Shown here piece after piece: positions 11,316-24,594 of a stretch of 64,000 nt of DNA. Positions within the stretch are counted from its first letter, which is position 1. Each line of letters opens with the position of its first letter. The notes beneath the pieces were generated by a model that was not told the DNA's origin, did not search any database, and was given only the letters and a program-made list of their open reading frames with translations. A program made the position numbers and the translations under genes. The stretch lies in NCBI RefSeq assembly GCF_036321535.1, contig NC_087436.1:6758001-6822000 (forward strand). The letters are read 5' to 3'. The DNA comes from Camelus dromedarius (lineage: Eukaryota).

Positions 11316-11505
11316 CTCCTCCCTCTGGGGCAGCTTCGGCAGCGTGGGTGGTCTGGAAGTCCTGGGCAGTGCCGCCTTGCTCTGCTTCACGAGGGTGGCC
11401 CGCCGGGAGTTTCTCTGATTGGCGTCCTCATAGTCACCCATGTGCCAGGCAATGGAGCCCCGGCTGTAGCACCCCTGCGCATCCATGACCGAAGGGCTTG
11501 GTTGC
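11316..11505 (-). CDS. SPMIP2: C4orf45/SPMIP2 (sperm microtubule inner protein 2) coding exon
   Basis: ctcctatttcAG|G acceptor completes Trp; QPSPSVMDAQGCYSRGSIAWHMGDYEDANQRNSRRATLVKQSKAALPRTSRPPTLPKLPQREE; GAG|GTaggg donor; 190 nt. Confidence 0.9.
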
Positions 11506-14039
11506 CTGAAATAGGAGCAAGTTGGTTGGTTCTCAAATCAGAAAGACATTAGAAGTAAGGCCACCAGTTTTCAGACAGTTGAGATCTGTCTGCTTCTGTT
11601 GCAATTCCAGGTGATGTCTAGCTTGGCAAAGCTAGGGACCTGAGCCCGCAGCCAGGGATCTGAGAAGCTTGCGGATTCCGCCCCTCCACGTCCCTAGACA
11701 TCCAGCTGCTGGAGATGCAGAGAACTACCTGCCCAGCTGGACACTCATCTAGGAAGCTTGTTGATGAAGTTGCCTCTGGGCCACGGCTGCTCCGCACGGC
11801 CTTCAGATACCAGCACGCAAGGGGCTGGGAATTTGGAGGCGGCACATTGGGGCTGAGACCTCGTGGACCCACAGGTTCTCCTGCAGGACAGGCCCGCCGG
11901 GTCTGAGATCTCAGGGGGGTCCAAGGACACACCAGCCTCACTATCATAGGCTCTGGCTTTGGACAGTGTGCAGGAGGAAAGATCTCAGCTTCAGACTCTT
12001 TCCCTAGAGAAATCACTGTCCTGGTTCCAACACCCCTAAATTAGAATATTACCTGAGGTCTGCTTTCCCACTGAAAAGGGCCAGGTCTGGGGAAAAGACA
12101 ACGAGATCATGGTATAAGGATGTGCTGTCTCATTTGGAAGGCTGTTGTCGCCCGAGAGAGCTCTTGGGGCTTCTCACCCCCAGACCCTTCCAGCTGGAGC
12201 TCAGAGCCTCTCGGCCACTACAGAGTCCCTTCCTGAACTCTGAGTGTCCTGGCCTCCCCGGTTCTTTGGGTTCAGATTCCTGGCAGGCCTGCACGGCCCC
12301 TCACTCCATCCAGAGCACGGCACACAGCAGAAGTGCTGGGGGTCTGGGGGCCGCAGGAGCAGGACAGGGACCCTGTTAGCACAGAGGTTAGATACCCATG
12401 TGGAGCAGACCATCACCAGGTAAGTCAGTCACATACTGGAGAGCATGGAGAGAAGTAAAGCCGGGTGAGTGGCAGGACGTGCAGGCCGGCTGTTTTGTGA
12501 GGACTGGTGGGCAGGAGGCCGCAGTGCTGGAGCGGAGGGTGGAGTGGATGGGGAGCCAACAATTCCAGCCCCTCGGGGTCTGATAGCCCCTTCTTCCCTC
12601 TTCCCAACCACAGAGCCCCGTGTCACCCTCCAGCAAACCCACCACGGGCACCGAGTGACCTGCAGGACGGAGACCGAGCTCCTCTGTGCGGCACGAAAGG
12701 GTGTGTTAGTTTCTGTCAGTTTCTGGTTTCCATGCTCTGCCCTCGGGGCCTCCCAGGCCCTCTCCAGCCGGGCCTGTGCTCACCCTGCTCCCCTAGTCCC
12801 CCCACCAGCTCCGGGGAAGCCTGCCTCCAGACCCCCAGCCACAGGCTCCACGTTTCCTTGTCCCTCCTTCCCTGACAAATGCAGCCTGGCTGGACGCGCT
12901 GCCCTTTCCGGGAAGGCCTTCCTTATTCCTGTCCCCAAGCAACTTTTCCTCCTCCAATAGCAGGTGTATTTGATTTCCCTGGTGCAAACTGTTAGAATAG
13001 ACTTAAATTTCTAGTGCCATGGGCTCTCTCCCTCCCGACTCAGGGCCCCTTAAAGAAGCCAGCACATGCCTGGGCCATTACCCTGCCTGACACCCCGCTG
13101 ACACTCAGCTAATCTGTGCAGGATGGAGTTGGGGGCGGGGAGGAGACCAGAGCTGACTTAGTTTAAGTTTGCAGACCAGCCCTCCTGTTCCCCTTCCCCC
13201 GCTGTGTCTGAGATTTCTTGCTTACAGGATGTGGTAATAGCCCAGAATCGCTTCAAGGCAATGTAAAGGAAAGACAGTTTCTAGTTAGAATGTATGGAAC
13301 AGGCACTGTTGACAGTTTACAGACGAATGATGCATAAGAAAGCCATTTCATCCAAATGTGCCACGTTTTCTTAAAAATAGTATATTATGGAAGTAACGGT
13401 GCTGAATGGATTAGAAAAGAAGAATCCTTGCATGTAGCTAGTCTTCATTTAAGTCCTAAAACAGCTTACAACTTCTATTTGAAAGTCAGACCACCCTACG
13501 GCCCTGAATCTTGCAGCACCAGGAGCCATGCAAAGTTAAACGTTCGTTGTAATTCAAAGATTTTAAAGATCTTATAGAGAAAACAGCCACGTCAGCTGTG
13601 GAGATTTACACGCACTGTGTGGAGCTCACAAATGAGGCACAAAAGTCAAAAGAGGTAAACCAAGGGGCAGAAGTTTTGGCTCCAGAAAGGTTTGGAGCAT
13701 GAAATGGGGTTGTCATAACGGTCTGTTAGTTACAAACACACAACAGCAGTGAACTCACGCGTGCACACACACACACACACACAATGCGATCATTCTTAGT
13801 GTAACATTCTTACTACTACTGACTCTTGTGTTAAGTTGGCCCCTAAGGCTTGAATTCTTTTCTTGTTGAAATAATTTCAAGCTTATAGAAAAGCAGCACA
13901 GGACGAAAGCTTCTTTCCCTGAACAATCGGAAAGTACGTTGTTGGCATGATACCCATTATCCCCAATATGTGAGTGTGAAACTCCTGCAAAGACATTTTA
14001 CATAACCTCAAGATAACCATCAAAACCAGAGGAAATCTG

Positions 14040-15070
14040 CATAAGCAACAAAATGAAAAAAAAAACAAACAGAACGACGTCAAACTAAAAAGCTTCTGCA
14101 CAGCACAAGAAACCATCAACAAAGGGAAAACACAACTTACGTCACGGGAAAAAGTATTTGCAAACCATGTATTTGTAACAGGTTAATATCCAGAATATAT
14201 AAAGAACTCATACAACTCAATAGCAAAATAAACGAATCAATTTTAAATGGGCAAAGGACCTGAATAGACATTTTTCCAAAGAAGATACATGAATGGCCAA
14301 CAGGCGCATGAAAAGATGCTCGACATCACCGATCACCAGGGAAATGCAAGTCAAACACAATGCAATATCACCTTACGCCCATTAGAATGGCTGTCATCAA
14401 AAAGACGACAGATAACTGAGGATGTCGCTGAGGATGTGGAGCAAAGGCAACCCTCATGCACTATTGGTGGGAATATGAATCGGTGCAGCCACTGTAGAAA
14501 ATAGTATGGAAGGTCCTGAAAAAAATCAAAAATAGACTTACCACATGATCTAGCAATTCCGCTGCGGAGAATATGTCAAAAGGAAACAAAACACTAACTC
14601 AAAAAAGTACCTGCACCCCCGTGTTCACACCAGCACTGTTTACAATGGACAAGACGTGGAAACAGCCTAAGTGTCCGTCGATGGATAACTGGATAAAGAA
14701 GTTGTGGTATGCTGATACACAAAGGGATATTATTCAGCCACGCAAAAAAAAAAAAAAAAAAAAAAAAAACAACCCAGGGAAATCCTACCATTTGGGACAA
14801 CATGGATGGACTTGGAGGGTATTATGCTAAGTGAAATGAGCCAGATATAGAAAGACAAATACTATCTGATCTCACTTATATGTGGAATCTAATAAAAGCC
14901 AAAAACAAAACCCACCAAAGTCATAGAAAAAGACATCAGATTTATGGTTACCAGATGCATGGCACAGGGGGAGAGGGAATTGGAGGAAGGTGGTCAGAAG
15001 GTACAAATCCCTAGTTATAAAACGATTAAGTACGAGGGATGTGATGTACAGCACGAAGGCTGCAGTTAAC
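14040..15070 (+). mobile_element. Older L1 fragment: ORF2 C-terminal region and 3'UTR, degenerate
   Basis: aaactaaaaagcttctgcacagcac, gacatttttccaaagaaga, catggatggacttggagggtattatgctaagtgaaat L1 motifs; frameshifted. Confidence 0.92.
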
Positions 15071-15502
15071 ACTGCTTCTCCTACAGTGGGAAACCAGGCT
15101 CCCATTCTCTTTATGTATTTACCTATTTGATCAGTCTTCCTATCACCAGCATCCCATTGCAACCTCCATCCCGCCACCGTGTGCCTTCCCCCTCGCCCCA
15201 TCTGGAATCCAGCATGCTACCACCCCCAGATGCCCTCCCGCAGATGCCCGTCTCACCCTGCTCTGAACCACGCGGTTCCCCAGCGACTCATCCTGCAGTG
15301 ACAATTCCTTTGCTTGGCTGCCTCCCTTGACTCTAGTAAATTGCAGGGGAAGGGAAGAGAAAGGCAGCCAGGTATCTTGGAAACCTCCCCAGATGTCTAA
15401 AAGGGTACTTGTGTATGTCAGATGCTTGAATAAATGAATTTTCTAGCACTACATCTAGACAGATGGACCTTCAGTGCAGAAATCATGCCATATAGCAATT
15501 TA

Positions 15503-15740
15503 AAAATTAAGTTATAATCCACATACCATAAATCCACATGTTTAAGTAAACAAGTCAATGGTTTTTTATCACATTCACAAAACCGTGCAGCCATCACCAC
15601 TAAGTCAGTACAGGTAATTTCATCACCCTGAAGAGCAGCCTGTGAGAGACCCAGTAGCAGCCACTCCCCATTCCCCTGCCTCCAGCCTCCGGAAACTACT
15701 CATATACTTTCTGTCTCTGTGCGTCTGCCTATTCTGGTGT
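15503..15740 (-). mobile_element. Ancient L1M 3' end fragment
   Basis: ataatccacataccataaatccacatgtttaag...gtgcagccatcaccact...ctactcatatactttctgtctct resembles L1MB/ME 3' ends. Confidence 0.65.
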
Positions 15741-16149
15741 CACTGGCCCCCGGGTACATCCCCACATTTATGTATTTCAGACTCTAAGGGGCAAGTGGTG
15801 AGGTCCTTCTACTGCAGCACACGGTGAGGTGAAGGCAGCCACACTGCCCAGGGCAGCTGCTGAGTGGACCCACTAGCCGTGGGGGCCCACCACGTTGCAA
15901 GGAGGCAGTGGGCTCTCTCTGGTCCAGGTAAGGGAACACTGTACCACTGGAGCCTGGATGCCTGTCGTCTGTCCTCAGTGACCTTTGAATCACACCCTGG
16001 TCTCTTCCCTGGCTGGCACTTACCTGCCTGTTAACCTTGGCCACACCCGTGTTCTAGTCTGACCTGTGACCCAGCCTGACCGCCTGCTGAAACAGTTTCC
16101 TTTAGTATTTTGAACTTATTTGCAGAAAGTGACAAAGCTGTTGTCCCGT

Positions 16150-17290
16150 AACTGCGTCTGTGCCTGCTTGGAGACAGTTTCTATTGACTGCTTTTTCTCC
16201 CCCTGTGTATGGGCCATCCTTTCCTGTTCCTTTGTCTGTCTCTGTAATTTTTTATTGACAAGTTGACCTGTCAAATAATAAATATGCCAATTCTGGACAT
16301 GAGATTCCCTCCTCCTCCCTCAGGCTCGTTGCTGTCGCCACGTGGATTGTTTGCGGTGGTGGTGGTGGTGGTGGTGGTGCTGTTTAGTGACTTTCCTGGA
16401 CTAATTGTTCAAGGTCTGTCATGTGTGTCCCCAGAATTTCCTGCTCGGTTAGCTTAGTGGTCAGCTAATAACTGGAAAGAAATCTCCTTAAAGGCCTCCA
16501 ATCAGTACATCTCCCGGCCTTTGTGTGGGTCTGGGCACACCTTCGATGCCCTGGAAGGCAGTTACGGCTCTGCCTTAGCCTTCGTTTCTTGCTTGCGTGG
16601 AACCTCAAGCTCAGCCAAAGGGCCAAAGAGATCAGGACCTTCTCAGGTGTCTCCTGGGCATGTGCACAGCCTTTTATATGTTAGATCTTTTTGAAATCCC
16701 CCTTAGATATCTCATTTCCTGGTTTTTCCCTTTTAAGATTTTTGGTCAGTTCCCTGTTCGCCCCATCAGGTGTTCTGCGCCCCCAGGCAGCTGTGATATT
16801 AAATGACGATCGGTTTTGACGGGTGCCTGTGAAACAGAGCCGTTCACACAGAGTCAGGTCAAATAGCGACACGCCCTGAGAACGGAGCTTTTCCAGGGAT
16901 TCTCAAGACAGATCAAATATAACATCTCTCTGAGCAGGAAGCTTTTCAAGGAGCTTCAAATCTGTCTTTCCCCTCCAGTAACTGGTAGGTTGCTAGTTTT
17001 CACAGCTACCATGGTTGTGAGGCTGTTGGTTTTTTTCAAGGCTATTTTGAAGCTGGAAAGAGAGAGTGGGAATAGAGCGATTTTAATTTAAATTGAAAAT
17101 GCCACAAAGATCATGCTTCTTTCTAAGATTCAGCCATTTTCCTTAAATAAATTCTTCGTGGATTATTGGGAGCATCTGCTTCTTCATTCCCAATGTGATT
17201 TTGATCATTTTTGCCACTGTTCTTATTTCTTTTATGGAGGAATATATTTTTGGAGGTCCTTACTGCACCATTTCCAAAGAGTTTCCAAGC
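16150..17290 (-). mobile_element. Ancient L1M 5'-region fragment
   Basis: ttctattgactgctttttctcc...tttagtgactttcctggactaatt...ttctaagattcagccattttc resemble old L1M 5' consensus. Confidence 0.5.
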
Positions 17291-17849
17291 TGAATTATTT
17301 AAAAATGAAATGGAGACTCACTATTGAAGGAAAAATTGTCTGTACCTTTTGTTTGCACGTCTTCATTTGCCCCTGTTCCATCCATTGGATTCTGCTTTGT
17401 CTGTGCTGGTTCTGACTCTGGCCACCAGCAGCCTCCTTACCTTCCGCCAGATCAAATCACCTCTCTTCAGACTTTCTGGCGTGACTTCCCAGAAGCACGT
17501 GTGACTGCCGGCATTGTCCTCCTGCCGGCTTTCCACTGGGCTTCCGACCTCTTTTCTTTATGCCGCTCCTCTTCTTTGTCATATCACTGCAGCTACATTT
17601 CTTCTGGAAGAGTCTTTCATTCCTTTGGCTCCTTTACCACTGGTATTCCATCCCGGATTCTCACCTCCGTCCATCACCACCCATCTCCAAACCAGGAAAT
17701 AGTCTTTGTATCTGGTCATCCAAACAACATCAAGAGACTGATGTTGAAAACATTTACTTGCAGCTCGAGAAATCTAGACACAAATCCTCAGCTTCTGACT
17801 GCACAGAGCACCAGGAATCTTACAACCCATCATGACAGTAATGTCTAGC

Positions 17850-18215
17850 CTTTACTGAGCTAGATGAGGCTTCAGACACGATGCTGGTTCCTTGATACGT
17901 ATTACGTCTCTCTAGTCTTCATAATAATGCCACATGATAGATATCATTTCCTCCTTTTTACATCTGGGCTTAGGTTGACCAAGTAATTTACCCAAAATCA
18001 AACAGTTAAAAAGCAGTAGAGCTGAGATTTGAACTCAAGAGCTGTCTGATTCTAAATGTATACAGTTACCTCATCTGTAAAATCTGGATAATATTATAAT
18101 ACCTACTTTTTTATAGGAATTAAATGAATTAAGGCTCATAAAGCACTTAAAACAGTATCTGGCCCATAGTAAAAATTCAGTAGAATGTTAGCCATTTATA
18201 TTATATTATTATTAA
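17850..18215. mobile_element. Two adjacent MIR fragments in opposite orientation
   Basis: gagctgagatttgaactc core then cctcatctgtaaaat...aaagcacttaaaacagtatctggcccatagtaa. Confidence 0.75.
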
Positions 18216-18631
18216 TTATTACTGGTCAGTGCCTCTCAACTCACCTCCCCACTTCCTCTCTTCCCCCAAATTACCCTCTCCCTCCCACATTCCCCTTTTT
18301 GGTCAGTGACATAACCATATACCTAGGCCCCCAAAAGAGCCAGATCAGAAGTGCCTTGGACTTTGACATCCCCTCCATCCACCCACGTTTAGCTGGTTGC
18401 CAAGCCTCACGGAGTCCTTCTCCAAACTGCCCTGCAGTCCGCGTCTCCCTCCTTCAGGCTCCCGTCACTGTGGTTACTGCAGTCTTACCTAACCTGCCTT
18501 CCTGCCCTCGGGGTCTCCTGTCTCTGCTCCACCCGTTCAGTAAACAGTTGTCCACAGACACGACGAGCCACGTGTTCTTTCTAACACAGAGGCTCTTCTT
18601 TCTAATATTACAAATGAGTTTATTCTGTAAC

Positions 18632-18812
18632 CCAGATTTTCTCAGCCTTAATACTATTGATTTTCTGGACCAGATAATTTTCTGTTGCGTGCTCTGTCCT
18701 GTGTATGGAAGGATGTTTACAGCACCCAGCTCAACTGTGGAGCCAAAATTGTCCCTGGGCACTGCTCAGTGTATCCCCTTGGGGGAAAAATGCCCCCCGA
18801 TTAGAACCACAG
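18632..18812. mobile_element. MER20 DNA transposon
   Basis: actattgattttctggaccagataatt...ctgtcctgtgtatggaaggatgttt...aaaatgccccccgattagaaccac. Confidence 0.75.
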
Positions 18813-19780
18813 ATGGAATTTAAGAATCACAACATATGTTTCTAGCATTGACATAACAGCAATTTAAAGATAAATAATATGAAAGACAATCAAAAGTGTG
18901 GGCAGCACAGCCACACTGTAAAATATGTAACCACGGAAATAAAACCAATTAATTAATCAAGTGAACAAACAAACAACAACCTCTTGCCTCTGGGTTAAGA
19001 TGAACTGGCCCTCAGGGCATGATAGGTAAATGTTCTTGGCCTCCTTTCTCTCTGGCCTTCTCACGCAGTCAAGTGGGTTACTGGACTCCCTGGGATGGGA
19101 ATGCGGAGAGGAAGGTCTCTGGGCTGGGCTGGGGTGGGGGGTCTGAATTCTTCCCTGGATGGCTGATGATGGAGACTGAGGCTCTGTCCTCAGACAAGGC
19201 AGCAGGAAGGGATGAAACATCAGTCCCCCAGCCAGAATTAGGAGAACAAACAACAAACCAACCAGCCAACCAAAAAACCGATCTAAGCCCCTTCCAGCCC
19301 AAGTTTACACCGGCTGAGAGACTGTAGATGTAGAGATTTTTATAGCTCTCCATACATGCTCATTAGGCACATTTCTCTCTTGTTATTTCAACCTCTAAGA
19401 CATAATTCCCTTGTGGGAAACTTCTGGAAAGAAGAAAGTTTTTCCTAATGATTCCACAGAGACTTACTTATATCACCTCCTTACGTAAACATCTGAACAC
19501 AGCGCTTTGCTGCCTACAGAATTAAGCGCTCTGCCACCTTTAGTCTGGAATTTGAAAGAGGACATGACCTGGCTGCCGCCCTGCAATTCCAGCCTCTCCT
19601 CCACGTCCTGCCACACCCAAGACTGATGTCCTGTGCACCAGCAATGCAGGACAAGCAGTCACCTGCTCAGCACATCATGAAGTTTCCCTCCTCTGTGCCT
19701 TTGTGTACACGATTTCTTTCCTGGCTGCACCTCCATGCTCTCCTTTTGATTTCCCAGCCAGCCTTAAAAATGCAGCTGTC

Positions 19781-20340
19781 ACCATTTACAGCAGCCAAGA
19801 TGTGGAAGCAACCTGAATTCCACTGACAGATGACTGGATAAAGAAGTTGTGGCATATTTATACAATGGAATACTACTCAGCCATAAAAAAGAATGAAATG
19901 ATGCCATTTGCAGCAACATAAATGGATCTGGAGATCATTATATTAAGTGAAGTAAGCCAGAAAGAGAAAGAAAAATACCGTATGATATCACTTATATGTG
20001 GCGCCTAAAAAAAGACAAATGAACTTGTTTACAAAACAGAAACAGACTCACAGATGTAGAAAACAAACTTGTGGTTACCAGTGGGGAAAGGGTATGGGGA
20101 GAGATAAATTGGGAGTTCAAGATTTGCAGATACTAACTACATATATAAAATAGACAAACAACAAATTCATACTGTAAAGCACAGAGAACTATATTCGGTA
20201 TCTTGCAGTAACCTACAGTGAAAAAGAACATGAAGACAAATCTACGTATGTGTATGTGTGACTGAAATGTGATGCTGTGCACCAGAAATTGACACAACAT
20301 TGTAAACTGACTACGCTTCAATTAAAAAAAAAAAAGGGAA
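19781..20340 (+). mobile_element. 5'-truncated lineage-specific L1 with poly(A) and TSD, inserted in an L2 remnant
   Basis: gatgactggataaagaagttgtgg...cagactcacaga...A-tail; TSD aaaaatgcagct at 19766-19777 and 20341-20352. Confidence 0.95.
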
Positions 20341-23300
20341 AAAAATGCAGCTCTCTTCTTAAAAATGTGATCCACAAAAATTCCTGACTGGCTACCTGAC
20401 CCTCAATGCTGGGCCACAGTCATGCCCTCCTTTGTCCACACCCTGGTCACACGGGTTCCACATGGTGTCCCCACATTGACTCTTACTCTCCGTAAACCTG
20501 TGAGTAGTGGGAAGGAATCGTGTCTTCCGTTCCTGTGTCTTCAGTGTCTTGCAGTTCCTGACACAGAACATGTTTCCGCTCCAGTTTGCCTGCCTCTATC
20601 AAGATACCAAAGGACATTCTGTGTTACCTCCAGGGAGAGAGCCTGTGACCGCACAGGACGGAGGGTTGGGAGGGAGGTGAGACTGAGCACAATTCACACT
20701 CTCTTTTGTCATTTGAATTTTTTAAACTGAGAGCATGTTTTTTTTTTAATAATAAAAGATGTCTAAATTTTCCTTAAAAACTGTTGGTTATTTGGGAGAT
20801 GATCAAAATTTTCCTAGCAGGCTGGACAGCAGAGAAACGGGGTGAGACAATCAAATAGACTCCAGCACTGAGTTAGGAAGTGACTGGCTGGGACTTGCTT
20901 ACATAACTGTCTAAAACTGATGGGACAAACGACTTTCCTGGTGACACTTGTGCCAGGAAAAATACTCCGGGTAGCTGAAGAGGGGCCCTGCTGGGGTGGC
21001 GCTCTGCTCGGTCTCCTGGGTTCCTGCTTTTTTGTGTGAACTGAGTCTGCCGGAGACCTCAGGGCAGCCGCTTTGACTCATGACCCAACGGTCCAAGGAA
21101 CTCTCAGTCTGCTGGCGAAATAACCAGCTTGAATGAGTATGTTTACTTAAATGGATCAAAGTAGCTGGCTCTTCTGCGGATCGACCACTCGGCATCCGTC
21201 TTGTCCAGAAGCAAACATTTTCTACTGTTTGGACATCTTCTGGGTTCCCACTGGTCGGGTAAAAATAGCTCTAATAAGCTGTAAAATTACCACTTGCGGA
21301 TTCCAAAGTTAAGGAAACAAACTACTAACTGTTTAAGTCCCGGTGAGTCAGTCTGGCTGCCTAATATGTACCCTGATTGTACCCCCTGGTGCGGTGCTTC
21401 ACTTGACTTTCAGCAGAGAGAGACGGGGAGACCTTCCTGCAGGGCTTTAGCATTTCCTTGCAGCATCGCGACGTGCTGCAACGCTGTGTATTTCTAGCCT
21501 TTGAAGAAGAGGACCAGGCCGTATCTCTACAGCGATTTAAAAGCCTGACTACCTGTTTTCTCCGCAAGCTAGTTCCCTGAACGTTTGCTTTCTTGCACAG
21601 TCATTGATTTCAGCTCTTTCCATTTCCGGAAGTACTCCAACGCCATTGATGGACGGCACATGGAAACTTCTGAGAAACACATTTAGAAGCCATTTGGCAG
21701 GATCTGTGCTTTCTGGGAGAGCAGGACTATCCTCTGCTGTTTTTCTCTATGGAACATTTGCAGGAAAATAAGACACCGCCCCCACTTTTTTTTTAAGATC
21801 TCTCCGCCTTTACGGGGTAGTGGACACCTAAAGTCAGAATCTGCCAAGGGTACTGTTAGTGCTTTAAAGATGAAGACTGCATGTTCCTCTTTTGCACTGG
21901 CCTTCTGCATCAGTGGGCGTTACTCCTGACACAGGCAGCCGCACGTGCCGGACGACTTTAGAGACACCTGCTGCCTGAGAAAATACTCCGAGAACCTCCC
22001 TTGCTGCTCCTTTTACTCACAGCCAGAGCTGGCTTCTTCCAGTGCACACAGTCGGGAGAGGTCATACGAAGCATCATCACCTTGGCCTTCTCAAGAGAAC
22101 TTATCTTGAAGGGTCGCAGCACAGAGGCGGACCTGGGGAGATCAGAGGTGCCACAGGTCCGTGTGAGTCATCCTCTTCTTAAGTCTGACCTTATTCTAAC
22201 CCACTGACCTTCCTGCTCTCCCCGCCCTATAGAATCACTCGTGGTGATGTTGCGTCTTAATCCTCCGGGGTAACACTTACTTAATCCTCAATCAAGGGCT
22301 GTCATGGAGATGATTAAAAACATGAAATTATCTTGATGTTTCATATTTGGACAAACAAGATGAGTGCATAACTATATTTAGCAATTCTTAATAGAGAAAA
22401 AAATTTTAATGTGGATGGAATTGGTCCTAGGTTTGTTGTTGCCAGGGAGATTCTTGTCGAGTGGAAAAAGAAAGAGACTTATTTAAAAAGCTATTCCTTA
22501 GTGACTCCTCCCCAGAGCGGCTTGTAGAGAACTTGTCTCAAAGACATGAGCCGAGCTTGTTTAATGTCCAGACTTCAGGATGGTGGGAAAATCAAGGTCC
22601 TACGTCTGCACTGTAGCTTAAGTAGTTTACGAGAAAGGTCCAAAGTTAAATATAATGAGTGATCAGGACAATGTGAGGCCATGTGCAGCCTCAGAGATGC
22701 TGACCCTGGCTTCAGACAAGAAGTCAGCACCCAAGTGTTTTGAGCAGACACTAGCATGCCTTCAGCAGTGTCCCAGGTCCCTGGACACCACACTGAAAGC
22801 GCACAGTCCGTGTAAGGTAGACACAGGGTGAAGGGACCAAAACGTCAGTACCTGAGTGCACGGTTGCTTGTTCACTGCTCTGCCTGGACACGAGTCAGTG
22901 GCTACTCAGAGATTATTTGATTGCAATAAACTTTCCATGTTAATCATTCATGATGAAGTGCAGAAGATACATTTTTACACCTGTTTGTTTGGCAGTTCTC
23001 TCCTTCCCAAAACAGCAGAAATGCCTACGATTGGTTTTACATCATTAACAAGTCAAAAACAAACTTATTAAACGAGTCTGTGTAGCTACGGGCACAAACT
23101 GTTTTGCAAAGGAGCTAGGATTATTTATATCTGTAAACAAGACTGTGTGATTCACATAGCATGAAACATACTGTCTCAACGATCAAAATGAAATTGCTTC
23201 CCAAAGAAATGTTTGGGAAAACACACGAAGTCCCCCTAAATTGCCAGTGTAACGATTCCAGGCATAAGAACATTGTTTGAAAGCTATTTTTAACGACAGA

Positions 23301-24296
23301 GATAACCAAATGCAAGAATATTTCTTCTTCCCTTTAAGTAGAAAAAGCCCACTCTCTTGGGCTTTTTTTCAAGAAGGAGAACATCTCAGGCTTGTGTAGT
23401 TCTGTAAAATTACACACACCATATGCTTCAGACCTCAGACTGGATTATTTTGGTTTGATTTATTGCTTTTATTCCATAAGAAACGCAAGCACTTTATTTG
23501 AAAGGCTTGTTAAATATCCTATCACCACGCTGAAGTAAAGAATTAATCCGAGCAAGAGAGGTCTCGCATTGCCCTAAGGGGACACGTCCACGTGACTTTG
23601 CCAGAGAGTCTTCCCCAAGCTCCAGAATGTGGAAAAGGCCGTCCTTGCCACAGCACGTGGCTGGTGGCCCTTATGGGCGCCAGCTGGGCTTCCAGGCACA
23701 CGGGCTAAGCGATGGGAACCAACCATGCTGTCTTCCTCTACCAAGCAACCAGCTCCAAAAGGCTCCTGTTGCCAAGAGTTTGTCTGCGACGTGGAAATAC
23801 ACAGAGGTGCTTATTGATTTTCGTTCGGTATTTTAAATGACTCATGTGAAGTGACTATTCCGTGCGTGTGGCCTCGGGGGCAGCTGTCCAAAATCTCCCA
23901 GGAGGTGTGTCATATTGGGCTGTCTAGGGTCGCCTGTGAGGCATGCTGGATGTGTTTCCTGATGTTGCTAGAGATACGGGAGGTTTTTTGTAAGACATCC
24001 AGGCGGTCCTGACAGTTTGAGCTGTGCAGGCTTCTCTCCTTGCTGCTGCCTCCTGGGTGTCACTTGTTTGACTGGGTCAAGGTCAGAAAACAACAGGGGA
24101 AGAAGGGAAGCCGCGTTCATTTCAGCTGCTTGGCAGCAACCAGGAGCAACTACAGCAGTATTGACTCAGTGCAGTTTTGGACTAGGTCATCTATCAGCTG
24201 GTGAGGCTTGACCTTCATTAACGAAAGATAACATTGATACGACTCACTTTTGGTCATTTTGGAATTTCAGTAGACACAAAAATAGATAAAATAAGT

Positions 24297-24594
24297 CACC
24301 AAACAGGAACAGACTCACAGACGTAGAGAACAAACTTGTGGTTACCAGGGGGGAAGGTGGGGTGGTGGCATAAATTAGGAGTTTGGGATTTGCAAATACA
24401 CACTACTGTACATAAAAGAGATAAACAACAAGGTCCTACTGTAGAGCGCAGGGAACTACATTCAATACCTTGTGATGACCTATAATGAAAAAAATATGAA
24501 AAGGAATGTATATATATGTATAAATGAACCGCTAGGCTGTACACCAGTACACCTGAAGTTGGCACATTGTAAATTGACTCTACTTCAATAAAAA
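24297..24594 (+). mobile_element. Short L1 3'UTR fragment
   Basis: acagactcacagacgtagagaacaaacttgtggttacc...ctacttcaataaaaa. Confidence 0.9.

Noticed and set aside
17324..18823. 174-aa and 212-aa ORFs
   Set aside because: Pyrimidine-rich low-complexity sequence overlapping MIR, L2-like and MER20 remnants; no known domain
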